The notes: generated from the letters alone by a model not told the origin. DNA of 64,000 nt from Callorhinchus milii (GCF_018977255.1 NW_024704743.1:22322001-22386000), one strand, 5' to 3'; numbered from the stretch's first letter, positions 38,726 to 50,885 are shown. Numbers and translations: made by a program.

Positions 38726-40658
38726 CTTCATTTTCAAAACAAAATAGAAAAAATAAATTTTCACATCGCGTCATTCATTAGTCATTACAAATCGCGTCCA
38801 ATGTCTTCGGCAGAGGGGCAAAGAAGTCAAAAGGAGGGCACGACAGTAATACCACGGTTATTTAGTATTATTGTTATTATATGTTATAATATATCTATTC
38901 AAAACGTACAAATCTCTCAATTGTCTTTCTCGCAAAGCTTCCCCAGGTGGCTCAACTAGTGATGCCTCTGCACAGTGTGAAATTGAGCCACTCAGACTGG
39001 GAAAGCAGCTGATCTCAACCAAGACATCGGGCCTTTGGGCTTGGAGAGGAGCGAGGAATCTCTGGGGTATAGCACTCTTGATACCTCTCCAGTGACTCCT
39101 GTAGCAAAATGAACTCAAGTGTCAGATAAAGTCAGGCTCAGCTTGGGCCTCAGTTCTGGAGCTCTGCCACAGTTATGATAAGCAGCCAACACTTGTTGTC
39201 TGAACTCACAAGGAGCAGGCAGACAGTCACTAGAGAGACCGGTCCAGAGCAGAGCATTGCTCCACTTGGAACAATACCCGGGAAGCAAAGATTCACGCTG
39301 CTTTTCCGTGGCTGCTGCCAGCCTTCTGACACTTCGCACTTTCAAGCAGAACTCACTGGATGGAAATCAGAAGCCAAAATTGCTCCTAGCCACACTCTGC
39401 GACACCACAAAATAGCTGATACTTAGAGATTCTGAAGCATTGTGGAAAATTCTTGAAAAATTCAGTCTTAATTTGGAAACTTTTGTTTAAAAAGAACTGC
39501 AGGAAAAGCAGATGGCAAGTTAAGAATTTTCCACAAATTCTGCTAAAAATTTAATTTTACGTCAGAATGATCTTAAAGGGTAAGAGCAGTGAAATCTCAC
39601 GTCTTGGAATGAGACTCTCCCACCCCCCATCCCACTTTGCTGTCTATTCTTTTTTCTCTCCTAGGCCGGGGCACTGTGTGATAGTAATACTCTATATACT
39701 ACTGCCCCAGTTCAGCTGCCTCAGCCCAGACCAGGATTTAACTTGTGAACTTCCTGAGTATTGTACTGTAGCTCAGTCCCATATGAGATGGTGCAATTCA
39801 CCATAAAACCATCAAATATCGAATCTGAAACTAAATCAGAATGGACTTCCATTGGATCCACTGTCAGACTAGTATCCCAGTTTCAGCTGGTGCAGCAATT
39901 TTCACTTCATTTTATTGAATAGTGCTTACTTTCAAACCCAATATCACACAGCAGTGGTGAATGGAGCCTATAGGGACATTCAGGATGGACATGGATCTGG
40001 AATAATGTAGGTCACTGAAGCGTTTAAGTTCACGTTTGCTAAAACAAACAGTATTTTTCCTTATTCCTCTTCTAGGCTTTGGCACAGATCCACTGTGAAT
40101 GATTACATCTCATGGATTCCCAAATAAGCACTCAATCCAGAATCCCTGACATTTCTCTTTCATTAATCCCCCCTGTTCCTCCTCACTTTGAAGTAAGTGA
40201 TCACCTTTCCTGAAACAAGAGGGCCAACAGGTAATCAACTCTCAGAAGTCTGTGGACACCACACTCGAGCTGAATGGAAGGAAACTGCACAGAAACATCT
40301 GGTCACGGGCCCACTTACTGTGTCTCCCTCTCTACCTCCTTTCCTGTGAGGAGGCTCCTGCAGCCTCTCCTCCAACATCCTGACTGAGATCAAGTTCAGA
40401 TAAAGTCACTTGGTTAAGCGCTTTGGGACGTCCTCCCGACGCTATATCAAATGCAAGGATTATTATTATTATTATTATTGGTTAAGACTAGCACAAACCA
40501 TCCCCAGGACAGGGCTCATTGAGTCAGTCACTGAGGCACTCACTGTCACCTCATAACAGCCCAATCCTTATCCACAGCAAAGAAATTCTTCAACAACGTG
40601 TGTATTGTGCAACGGGCTTGGGACGCACAGACACTGGAATACATTCAGCAGCACTTAC

Positions 40659-40699
40659 CCATCACAGACTTCTCGTATGATTGAGGCCAATGGCTTTTT
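40659..40699 (-). CDS. ELMO1: ELMO coding exon 2: KKPLASIIREVCD(G)
   Basis: 41 nt, ttgcag|...GG|gtaagt, phase 0-2. Confidence 0.95.
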
Positions 40700-41349
40700 C
40701 TGCAAAAATACCAGGGAAAATAGAATTAGTGTCTTTGATACACGGGCGCTAATGCAAGACACCAGTCCCCTGGAGTTTCACCGTTGGAATCCAAATTCCA
40801 CTTTGCCAGCCGTGCAAACCTGAAGAGAACACACACACACACACCTCTGATGACAACCTGCACACAGGAGAGTCTGCACTGTAGCGTCATGTGTGTATGC
40901 GAAATAAATCAAAGCGGTGATGTACTGTGAAGTCTGGTTTTAGAGTCACACAATTCTATGGTCAAAACCACTTTACAGTATATTCTGAGAAGCGCTTTGA
41001 AACATCTCCATGACATAAGGAGGCGCTATATCAAATGCAAGGATTATTATTATTGTGCGATTATATTTTTGGAATAGAAAAGAGCAACTCGCATCAGTTC
41101 AATCTAAGAGCTTTCAGCTAAATGGTAAATTAATTCAGGAGAGGGACTTATACTCTGTTTCACGATAATAGAAGCTCTTCAACAGCAACTTTTCAGCAGA
41201 AAAGGTTTAGAAATATTGTTTTAACATTCTGAATCACACACGCACATGCCTGCCTCATTGTCTGACATTACATATACAAAACAATGATTATAATATTGTG
41301 CCTAACCTCAGTCTTTGTTTAATCTTGGATCTACCTTTATAATAATCTT

Positions 41350-41425
41350 TGCATTTGATATAGTGCATTTGATATAGTGCATTTGATATAGTGCATTTGA
41401 TATAGTGCATTTGATATAGTGCATT
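41350..41425 (+). repeat. Perfect tandem repeat (TGCATTTGATATAG)x5.4 inside a SINE tail
   Basis: Five exact 14-nt units plus 6 nt. Confidence 0.95.
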
Positions 41426-41629
41426 ATCACATCATTAAGACACCTCAAAGGGCTTCACATGAAGTGTATTTCCGGCCAAACATTACAGCCAATTTGCACA
41501 CAGCAATGTACCACAGTGAGGAAATGAATTATCAATTTTATCTGAGGGTTTCTTGGCCAGGACACCGGGAGAAACACCCTTCTCTTTTCACTTTGCATCA
41601 TCTTTAATGTCCAACTGAACAGACAGACA

Positions 41630-42026
41630 ATAATAATAATAATAATAACCCTTGCATTTGATATAGGGCCTAATCACATCTTTGAGACGTCTCAAAGCGC
41701 TTCACAGAACAACAACGATTTGTATTCATATAGCGCGCTTCACCTGGGGTTGCGTCACAGAGCGAGGATGTCCTCCTGACGTGAAAGGCACTATACAAAT
41801 GTCATTTTGTTGTTTTTAATATATTTAATTGACTGTATATTTGTGGGCGAAACATGGCAGCCAATTGCGCACAGCAGTGTCCCACAAACAGTCGTGGATT
41901 CCATAACCAAATTATAATTTTTTTTTGACGGGATTATTACCTCCGGAAAAGCAATCCACCAATCAACTAACAAACGGGTTCTTACTTACTGCTAAGTAAA
42001 CAGAGAAGTGTGGAGTAAGGAAACTT
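41630..42026 (-). mobile_element. Long-subfamily SINE lacking its head, interrupted by two L2 tails (~41708-41817)
   Basis: Reverse complement of 25517-25800. Confidence 0.8.
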
Positions 42027-42845
42027 AAACTCAATCCTGAGCGATGGGAAGCCAGTGGAGCCGGTCGAGGATGAGGGGGATCAGCTCACAGAGTTTAGTG
42101 CGGGAAAGGACACGAGCTGCAGAGTTCTGAATAATCTCTAGCTTGTGGAGGGAAGAGTTGGGAAGGCCGACGAGCAGGGAGTTAGTATAGTCAAGCCTGG
42201 ACTTGACAAAAGTGTGGGATATCCTTCTGAATTGAAAGGCACGATACTAATGTAATTTGTTGTTGTTGTTCAAAGCATGGATGAGGGTCTTGGTGACCTG
42301 AAGGGAGAGGTTGTGGCTGGCAGAGGTGGGCAATGTTGCAGAGGTGGGGGAAGGTAGAATGGGTCATGGCAGATTCAGGGTTTAAAAGACAGCTGGGGAT
42401 CAAACAAGATTCCACCATGTTGTACGGGCTCAGTGAGCTAATGGTGATCATTAACAGTGATCCTGTCAACACCTGAGATGAGAAGACACTGACGAGAGGC
42501 AAGTAGGGGGACATTATCGGCATTCATCTAGAAAAAACAATTGGCTCTCATCCCGGACTTGATATCTGCCAAGATAATCCATCAGGACAGCAGTGGTCCT
42601 CGAGTCGAGGGTGGAGGCAGAGAGACAGAGTTGGTGTCATCCGCACAAACGCGGAAGTTAACCCCATGCCTGAGGATGATATCACCGAGTGGAAGCATGT
42701 AATTAAAGAAGAGATGATCAAGGACACAGCCCTGGGGATCGCTGCACGTGATGTTAATGGATACAAAGTGGAGATAATGGGAAAGGTAAGAATGAAACCA
42801 GGTAAGGGCAGAACTGTGAAGGTGGTCCTGAGAGGAGAGGAAGTC
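42027..42845 (-). mobile_element. Old L2 ORF2 fragment
   Basis: ADDTQL-like motif (tgcggatgacaccaact) and SRLDY region. Confidence 0.8.
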
Positions 42846-42847
42846 GA

Positions 42848-43500
42848 TAACAACAACAACAACTTACATTTGTATACAGCCGAAAGAGCCTTTCACGTCA
42901 GGAGGACATCCCAAGGTGCTGGACAGTCAAGGATTTCGACCCGAGCGGGGGGTTGGGATCAGGAGGAATGGAATAATGATAATGGGGGTTGATAATGGGG
43001 ATAGCAGGTCACAGAGGTAGGAAGTTGCAATGCCATAGAGGGCCTTGAAGGCGAGGACGAGGATTTTGAATTGGATCCTTTGGGGGATGGGGAATCAGTG
43101 GAGCCGGGCGAGGGTGGGGGTGATGGAGTCACGGAGCCTGGTGCGGGAGAGGACACAAGCTTCAGAGTTCCTGATGATCTGCAGCTTGTGGAGGGAAGAG
43201 CTGGGAAGACCGGCAAGCAGGGAGTTTGCGTAGTCCAGCCTAGATGTGATAAATGCGTGGATGAGGGTTGAATGTCAGCAAGACCGAGGCTCTCCTGATT
43301 GGCTTGCGCCGGTGCCTCCGCACTTCAGGCACTGCCAGCATCAGCGTCTACGGATGCAAACTCCACCTCACCAAGCCAGTCGGGCACTTGAGTGTCTTGT
43401 TCGACCCTCAATTGTCCTTTCTCCCCCATATCCGTGCCGTGACCCACTCTGCCTTCCCCCAGCTCTGCAACATTGCCCGATCTCGCTACCGCCTCACCAC
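42848..43500 (-). mobile_element. L2 copy with a 5' inversion (inverted part 43268-43500 on +)
   Basis: Minus part runs from TLIHAFITSRLDY to the tail; plus part is LNVSKTEALLIG...RYRLT, the segment immediately upstream in L2 ORF2. Confidence 0.85.
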
Positions 43501-44102
43501 ATGGCACTTATTTGAAAAAGAGAATGGCGGTTCTCTGGTTGCCCTGCCTAACAATCGCCCAAAATAAAAAAATACCAATATTAATTTCACAGCTATTTGT
43601 GGGACATTGTTGGGCACAAATTATCTGGGGGATTCAGCTGCAAATTCACAGCAGCTGCCCTTTACAAAATAATCTATGAAGCTGTTTTGAGATTTTTGAT
43701 GTGATCAGATACGATATCAAATGCAAGTATTAACATCATTATCCACCTCCCTGTTAAACATGCTGATCGATTCTGCAGTTACCTCATTCGAGGGCAACAA
43801 TAATGTGCATTTACATAGCACCCTTCATGCAGAATAACGTATGGTCAATATAAAATGGAGGGTTTGAACTTTTTCACAGGAGTTACTATTGCAAAATTTG
43901 TTCTTCGCTCATTGCCCTTTACATTCACAGAACAAACAGGCATTTCTGCTTTCAAAACCAGCACTTTTTGCTTTTGATTTTTTGCCTGGAAAGAAAAAAA
44001 AGTTTCAGCAACTGCATGTGAACAAATCAAAAAGGTAGAATCATCTCGCTTCTGATAGAAAGCTACCATCGCAGATAGGAAGGACATACAAACTCTTCTT
44101 AC

Positions 44103-44180
44103 CTGATCTATTTCCATCAGCTTGGGAAAGGCCCCAGGCCATTCGATGGCCACCTTGACAGAGTCCGACGGTGGTGGCAT
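44103..44180 (-). CDS. ELMO1: ELMO coding exon 1: MPPPSDSVKVAIEWPGAFPKLMEIDQ (exon 44103-44231 includes 51 nt of 5'UTR)
   Basis: ATG at 44180; donor CAG|GTAAGA; acceptor ttttccttcag before 44231; matches the ELMO N-terminus. Confidence 0.96.
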
Positions 44181-44201
44181 CCTGCACGTTTAGACTCTCG
44201 C

Positions 44202-44225
44202 TCAAGGCTGGTGCAGGAATCTCAT
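44202..44225 (-). promoter_or_regulatory. uORF MRFLHQP* in the ELMO 5'UTR
   Basis: ATG at 44225, TGA at 44204-44202, ending 21 nt before the main ATG. Confidence 0.6.
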
Positions 44226-45104
44226 CCGACCCTGAAGGAAAACGCACGCAGGAGAGACAGAGAGATAGTCAGCTTAGCAAATCCATTCCGTCCTTGTGTT
44301 TTATTTCCAATGCAATAAAGTTCTGATAATCACCACATGGAAGAACTGAATACCACTCCATTACCAATTCTATGCACCAGCCACCTCACTACCAGTTCTT
44401 TTTATCAGCCCATGATATATATATATGTATCATATATATTCAAAATATATTTTGTTTTAGAAAAGGAGAGTGTTTTGGAGGGATGAACAACAAATTAACA
44501 ACAATTACATTTGGATAGCTCCTTTCACGTCAGGAGAACATCCCAAGATAACCCAAGGCAAGGAGAAATGGAGTAAAACCAAGGGATTTAGGGAAGAGTG
44601 CTGGAGCACTAGTTCGTGACTCATTTATAAGAACATAAGAAATAGGAGCAGGAGTAGACCATTCGGCCCCTCGAGCCTGCCCCGCCATTTAATAAGATCA
44701 TGGCTGATCTACTAACCTAATTCCATTTACCCGCCCTATCCCCATATCCCTTAATTCCTTTAGTTTTTAAAAATCTATCAATCTCAGTCTTGAATATGTT
44801 CAATGACTGAGCATCCACAGCCTTCTCGGGTAGAGAATTACATAAATTCACTACCCTCTGAGCGAAGAAATGTTTTCTCAACTCAGTTCAAAAGGGCTGA
44901 CCTTTAATCCTGAGAATATGACCCCTAGTTTTAGATTCTCCAACCAGGGGAAACAGTCTCACACTATCTACTCTGTCAAGACCCTTAAGAATCTTATAGG
45001 TTTCTATAAGATCACCTCTAATTCTTCTATATTCTAGAGAATATAGGCCTAGTCTACTCAACCTCTCCTCGTAGGTCAACACACTCATCCCAGGAACCAA
45101 CCTA

Positions 45105-45735
45105 CTACAACAACAACTTGGATTTATATAGCGCCCTCCACTCCGGATGGCATCTCAGAGCGCTTCACAATAACAGATCCCGGGGACGAGCCAGGGGGAG
45201 GGGGAGGAAGGTGACCAAAGGCGCGGTCGAAAAGACAGGTCTTCAGCCGAGACCTGGAAACATGAAGAGAGGGGGTGAGGCAAAGAGAGTGAGGAAGGAA
45301 GTTCCAGAGCCTCAGGGAGTAGTGGCTGAAGGCACGGCCGCCAATGGTGGAGTGGCGGATTCGGGGGACAAGGAGGTGGAGCCGGTGGAGCGAAGACAAC
45401 GGGACTGTTGTGAGAAGAGAGGAGGTCACAGAGGTAGGGGGATGCAGAGGAGTGGAGGGATTTGAAGACAAGGGTGAGGATCTTGAAGTCGATCCTCTCT
45501 GGGACAGGGAGCCAGTGCAGTCTGGCAGGGACTGGGGCAATCGGGGAGCGGAGTTTGGTGCGGGTAAGAATGCGGGCGGCAGAGTTTTGGATGACCTGGA
45601 TTTTATGAATGGTAGTGGAGGGGAGATCGGCGAGGAGGCGTTAGAGTAGTCCAGCCGAGAGGTGACAAAGGCATGGACCAGGGTTTCAGCAGCTTTTGGA
45701 GTGAGGTATTTGCGGAGACAGGTGATGTGTCGGAA
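45105..45735 (-). mobile_element. L2 3' fragment nested in CR1
   Basis: AETLVHAFVTSRLDY...LKTCLFDRAF; tail like the 20314 copy. Confidence 0.9.
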
Positions 45736-46083
45736 CCTACGTTGCATCCCCTCTAAGCCGAGTATATCCTTTCTAAGATAAGGAGACCAAAACTACACAC
45801 AATATTCCAGGTGCAGTCTCACCAAGACCCTATACAATTGCAGCAAGACTTCCCTACTCTTGTACTCTAACCTTTGCAATAAACGCTAACATGCTATTAG
45901 CCTTCCTAATTGCTTGCTGTACCTGCTTACTAACTTTCTGTGATTGGTTTACAAGGACACCTAAATCCCGCTGAATACAAATACTATCTAATCTCTCCCC
46001 CTCTAGAAAATAATCTGCTTTTCTATTTTTTCTACCTAGGTGAATAACTTCACATTTCCCCACATTATTCTGCCACCTTCTTG

Positions 46084-46403
46084 GTGGTGTCCTGTAGCTC
46101 AGTGGTTGAGCACTCGCTTTGCAAGCGAGAGACCTGAGTTCAATTCCAGGCAGGGCGAAACCTTGGGCAAGTTTCCTTACTCCACACGCCTAATAATAAT
46201 CCCTCCAAAACCAAAACAATAATAAATTGGTCATTTTCAATCCACGACTGTTTGTGGGACATTGCTGTGCGCAATTGGCTGCCGCGTTCGCCCACAAATA
46301 TACAGTCAATTCACTTTACAGTGTGTTCTGTGAAGCGCTTTGGGACGTCCTCCCGACGTGAAAAGCGCTATATCAAATGCAAGGATTATTATTATTATTA
46401 TTA
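46084..46403 (+). mobile_element. Full-length young tRNA-SINE nested in CR1, with 6-bp TSD TTCTTG
   Basis: TTCTTG at 46078-46083 and 46404-46409; near identical to the 1963 and 55049 copies. Confidence 0.92.
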
Positions 46404-47554
46404 TTCTTGTTCACTCACTTAACCTATCTATATCCCTTTGCATCTTCCTTGTGTCCTCCTCACAGCTTACTTTCCCACCTAGCTTTGTATCATCCACAAA
46501 TTTAGATACATTAAGCTCTACTTCCTCATCTAAGTGATTGATGTAGACTGTAAACAGTTGAGGCCCAAACGCCGATCCTTGCGGCACTCCACTAGTCACA
46601 ACCTGTCAATCTGAAAAGAATCCATTTATCCCTACTCTCTTTTTTCTGCCTGTTAAACACTCTTCGATCTATGCTAATATATTACCCCCTAATTCCTTGA
46701 GCTATAATCTTATGTGACAACCTTTTAGGTGGCACCTTGTCGAATGCCTTCTGAAAATTCAAGTACACTAGATCCACTGGTTCCCCCTATCTAACCTGCT
46801 AGTTACATCTTCAAAAAACTCTAAAAGATTTGTTAAACACGATTTCCCTTTCATAAAACCATTGACTCATTATTATGACTTTCTAAGTGACCCAAGACTA
46901 CGTCCCTAATTATAGAATTTTTCCTACCACCGTAATTAGTCTATAGTTCCCCATTTGTTCTCTTCCACACTTCTTAAATAGCGGTGTTATGTTTGCGATC
47001 TTCCAATCAACGGGAACCATTTCAGAATCCAGGGAATTCTGGAAGATCAAAAACAATACATCCACTATCTCTGCAGCCACCTCTTTTAAAACCCTAGGAT
47101 GCAGGCCATCAGGTCCAGGGGATTTATCAGATTTTAGTCCCATCAATTTCTCTAGTGCTATTACTTTACTGATATTAATTTCTTTAAGTTCCTCACAAAC
47201 ATTAGTCTCTTGGTTCCCCACTATGTTTGGTAAGTTTTTAGCATCTTCCAACGTGAAGACAGAAGCAAAGTATTCGTTTAGTGACTCTGCCATTTCTTTA
47301 TTCCCCATTATAATTTCTCTTGTCTCTGCCTGTAAGGGACCCACATTTACTTTTGTTAATCTCTTCTTCTTTATATACTTGTAAAAGCTCTTACAATCTG
47401 TCGTTATATCTCCAGCTAGTTTATTCTCATCTTCCATTTTCTCCCTCTTAATCATTTTCTTGGTTATCTCTTTGCTGATCTCTAAAGCCCTCTCAATCCT
47501 CAGGTTTCAGATCTTTTTGGCAATATTATAGGTCTCTTCTTTTAATTAAACAGG

Positions 47555-47890
47555 CAGATCAGGGAGAGAAAAGGTGTGTCTTGGTCCCAGACACACCTTT
47601 TCTCTCCCTGATTTGTGTGGTTTGTTGCAAGTTTTCTTTCCCCCCATCTTTGCTCTGCATCATTAACACCTCTTTAACCCATCATCCCCTGTCTCTACCC
47701 CATTTTCTGCTTTGTCTTCCTTGCCCTGCCCCCCTCCCACCCTTTCTGTTTGCCCTTAAAAGCCTCTCCCTCCCAACACGCCCCAGTCCTGACGAAGGGT
47801 CGTGGACCCGAAATGTTGACTCACTTTCCTTTCTCCATAGATGCTGCCTGACCTACTGAGTGTTCCCAGCGACTTCTGTTTCTATTTTAC
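47555..47890 (+). mobile_element. Penelope-like element pLTR fragment with a terminal inverted repeat
   Basis: ctgacgaagggtc...gacccgaaatgttgac...agatgctgcctgacctactgag block typical of aquatic-vertebrate PLEs; 24-bp inverted repeat at the 5' junction. Confidence 0.75.
47785..47821 (+). ncRNA. Minimal type I hammerhead ribozyme motif (PLE-associated)
   Basis: Stem I agtc/gact, core CTGACGA(+A), stem II gggtc/gaccc, GAAA, U-H cleavage site after 47817. Confidence 0.7.
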
Positions 47891-47909
47891 AGTGTCAGCC
47901 TGGCTTAGT

Positions 47910-48430
47910 TAACAACAACAAAATTACATTTATAGAGCGCCTTTCACGTCGGGAGGACGTGCCAAGGCACTGGACAGTCAGGGGTCAGGACCCGAGCATG
48001 AGGGAGGGGTGGGGTAGGGGTGAGGGAAGGCAGAGAGGTGGGAGAGCGACCGAAGGCACGATCGAAGAGGAAGGGCTTGAGACCGGCCTTTAAGGCGGCA
48101 AGGGAGGAAGCGAGGCGAAGGGACTGTGGGATGGAGTTCCAGAATGTGGGCAGAGAGGCTGAAAGCCTGTCCACCGATGATAGGGTGGGTCGGGCGGGAG
48201 ACATGGAGCAGACCGCCCGCTGAACAGAGGGAGCGGGCAGGTTGGTAGGGAATCAGCAGGTCAGAGAGGTAGGAGGGGGCAAGGCCATAGATGGCCTTGA
48301 AAGTGAGGACGAGGATCTTGAATTCGATCCTCTAAGGGATGGGGAGCCAGTGGGAGTGGGGTGAGGGTGGGAGTGATGGGGTCACGGAGCCTGGTGCGCG
48401 AGAGTACACGAGCTGCAGAGTTTTGGATTC
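47910..48430 (-). mobile_element. L2 3' fragment
   Basis: IQNSAARVL..., LKPFLFDRAF, (TTG)n tail. Confidence 0.88.
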
Positions 48431-48772
48431 TACACTCTTGCTTAAGACTCAAAAGATTGTGGATTCAAGCCCCAAGACAAGACTTTGAACTCACAGTCTA
48501 GGCTGACACTCCAGTACAGTGCTTCGGCTAAGAAAATAAACCAAGGTCCCATCAGCTTTTTCAGGTGAGACTAAAGATCCCTTGACTATCAATCCTCCAG
48601 AGAGAAAAAAAATGATCATTCATTTCATGGCTGTTTGTGGGACACTACTGCGCCAAAATCACCTGCCCCATTCATCTACAAATACAGCCACTACACTTCA
48701 CAGAAAATCTTGTAAGTGCTTTGAGATGTTGAAGACGTGAGCTGCATTAAATGTAATTATTATTATTATTAT
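48430..48772 (+). mobile_element. Old Deu-SINE
   Basis: ggattcaagcccc head, ggctgtttgtgggacact core, (ATT)n tail. Confidence 0.7.
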
Positions 48773-49879
48773 AAATAATAAGCAGGGCATCAATTCACTT
48801 TGAAATCCTGCACTCTTGTCCAAGACTAGTAGGTCTCAGACAAGTGTCACTTGCACTATAAGACGTTTTAAGAGTCACAAGCTCAGATGAAACAGGTCTC
48901 TTCTCCCCCCTCCCATGTTCACCATCTCCTGACGCACGCGGACACACACACTCACACAATGCACCTTCCCACATACACACACACAGTGCCAATCCCCACA
49001 CACATGATGCCAATCCCCCACACCCCCATGCACACACATATTTGGTACCAGCCCCCCCACACACTCAGTACAGCATCCTCTTGCCCCCGCCCCTCCCACC
49101 CACTACACACACACACACACAGACAAAGGGTATAAGATAAGATAGAGCAGGGAACTGGATTTAGAGTAGATACTTCCAGTGGGGAGCAAGCAACAATGAT
49201 CACAGTGGGCCCAATGGCCTCCTTTCTGTCTCTACGAATAATCTTTGTATGATTCTATGTAATTGTGGCCTCTTCAGGGGTTCACACCCCCCAACAAAAG
49301 TGTGCGAGTGAAACTGCAGCTAGTGAAAAATGTCTCGATGCAGTCAGGTTCAGCACAAAGCAAACGGAGCAGCGGGATGCTCTCAGCAGCTCACTTCCTG
49401 AGTTTACTCTACCCCAACCGTTTTATTTACTGTTACATTCATGCTGGAAATCTGAGAAACCCCAGCACTATTTTGCAGTCTTAAGCGCATGGGATGTGCG
49501 AAGAGAACTTGAAATCAGATTTTTTTGAACAAAAAGATAGGATTTTAAGGAAAGTTTATATGCTCCAGAGAGGCTGCTAATGTGTGAAATCCATATTCTG
49601 CTATAGTTACTCTGCTATTTTAGTAGAGAAAGAAAGGTCACTTAGCACATCCCACCCCTCCAGAGAGATCAGCACAAAATCCTTGTGAAAGTGCAAGAAA
49701 TTAATAACCGTAGCCCAAAATATAAGAAATGTTAAACTAGAATTTAAAACCTTACTCTCTCTCTCTACGAACACCATTCATTTCAATCCTCTTCTGGTGC
49801 AATGCGCACTGCACTTTTAGCCAGCTTGACCTTTTTTGAGGTGACTGCCCGAATTGATTCTGGGAAGCCATGTGATGTA

Positions 49880-50885
49880 TAGCTAGACACTCCAAAAGGC
49901 ATTGGATAAAACATTTCATGAAAGACTCCCTCGCAATCTGTGGTCACCGGGTATCAAGACTATGGACATGGATTCAGAATTGGCTAGAGGGAAGGAACCA
50001 GAGGGTCTCGGTTAGGGGAGCTAAGGTAAAATAGGGAGAGGGACTAAGCGGGGTGCCTTAGGAGGCAGTATCGTGACTCCCCTCCTGCCCTTGTATATAC
50101 TGGTAGTGCTAGATAGTTTTTTTGAATATGATTTGCATTTCACAGTCACCCTGGCTCAGTGGACTCCGTGTAAGATCTGCAGACCCAGAGTAAGCTGAGG
50201 GGGATGGGGTTGGGGGGAGGGGGGTGGGGAGAGACGGATTATGGAATCAGAGGAGGCAGCAAACGTCCAACAAAGGGACCTTGATAGGGTATGCATATGG
50301 GCCAATAACTGGCAAATTAATTTTACTACTGATAAATCCTATATATAGGATCGATGAATAGGAAAGCCAAGTCTCCATGGATGGGATTGAAATTGCCAAG
50401 GGGGAAGCTGAAAGAGATCTAGGGGTGTTAGTTAACTCGTCGCTCTCTACAACAAAAGAGTGTGAGACAACAATAAACAAGGCAACCAGAATACTGGGCT
50501 ATATTGCGCTAAATCAATTGAGTTTAGACTTGCCCCCCTCTTTCCCCGTTTTCAGATCACTCCTGAGGACCTTCCCCATCGACTGTTCCTATGGTCACCT
50601 CCCTCTGACTTAGTCTCGGCTCCACCACTGTGGGACCATATCAATGCAAGTTGTTGCTGTAGTTTAGATCCTGGATGTCCTACTCAGACTGTACAGTGGT
50701 CTGGTCAGACTGTAGTTTGAATATTGAATACAGCTCTGGTCATCACAACATGCGGGGGTTGTCCAAGCCATAGAGGCAGTGCAGAGGAGAGCAACAAGGA
50801 TGATCCTTGGTGTTAGAGGAATGAGCAACAACTGGTTCTTCAGTCTTGAGAGAAGACGACTCAGGGTACCTTATAGAGGTGTACA
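49880..50885 (+). mobile_element. Old CR1 ORF2 fragments with a nested L2 end (~50525-50660)
   Basis: ERDLGVLV, KATRILGYI, QRRATRMI, FSLERRRLR. Confidence 0.8.

Larger units (their letters stand above)
693..44231 (-). other. ELMO1: ELMO1-like gene span, from the start-codon exon to the last exon in the window (3' part lies outside the window)
   Basis: Twelve exons with canonical AG/GT ends and compatible phases give 361 contiguous aa matching the ELMO1/ELMO2 N-terminal half (RBD, armadillo/EID region, start of the ELMO domain). ELMO1 versus ELMO2 orthology is not fully resolved. Confidence 0.93.
44627..47548 (-). mobile_element. CR1 LINE (second subfamily), 5'-truncated, with nested L2 and SINE
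   Basis: KSPGPDGLHPRVLKE, SGVPQGS..GPQLF, KFVDDTKLGG, YEERLSRLGLYSLE; (TTCTTATG)-type tail. Confidence 0.95.
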
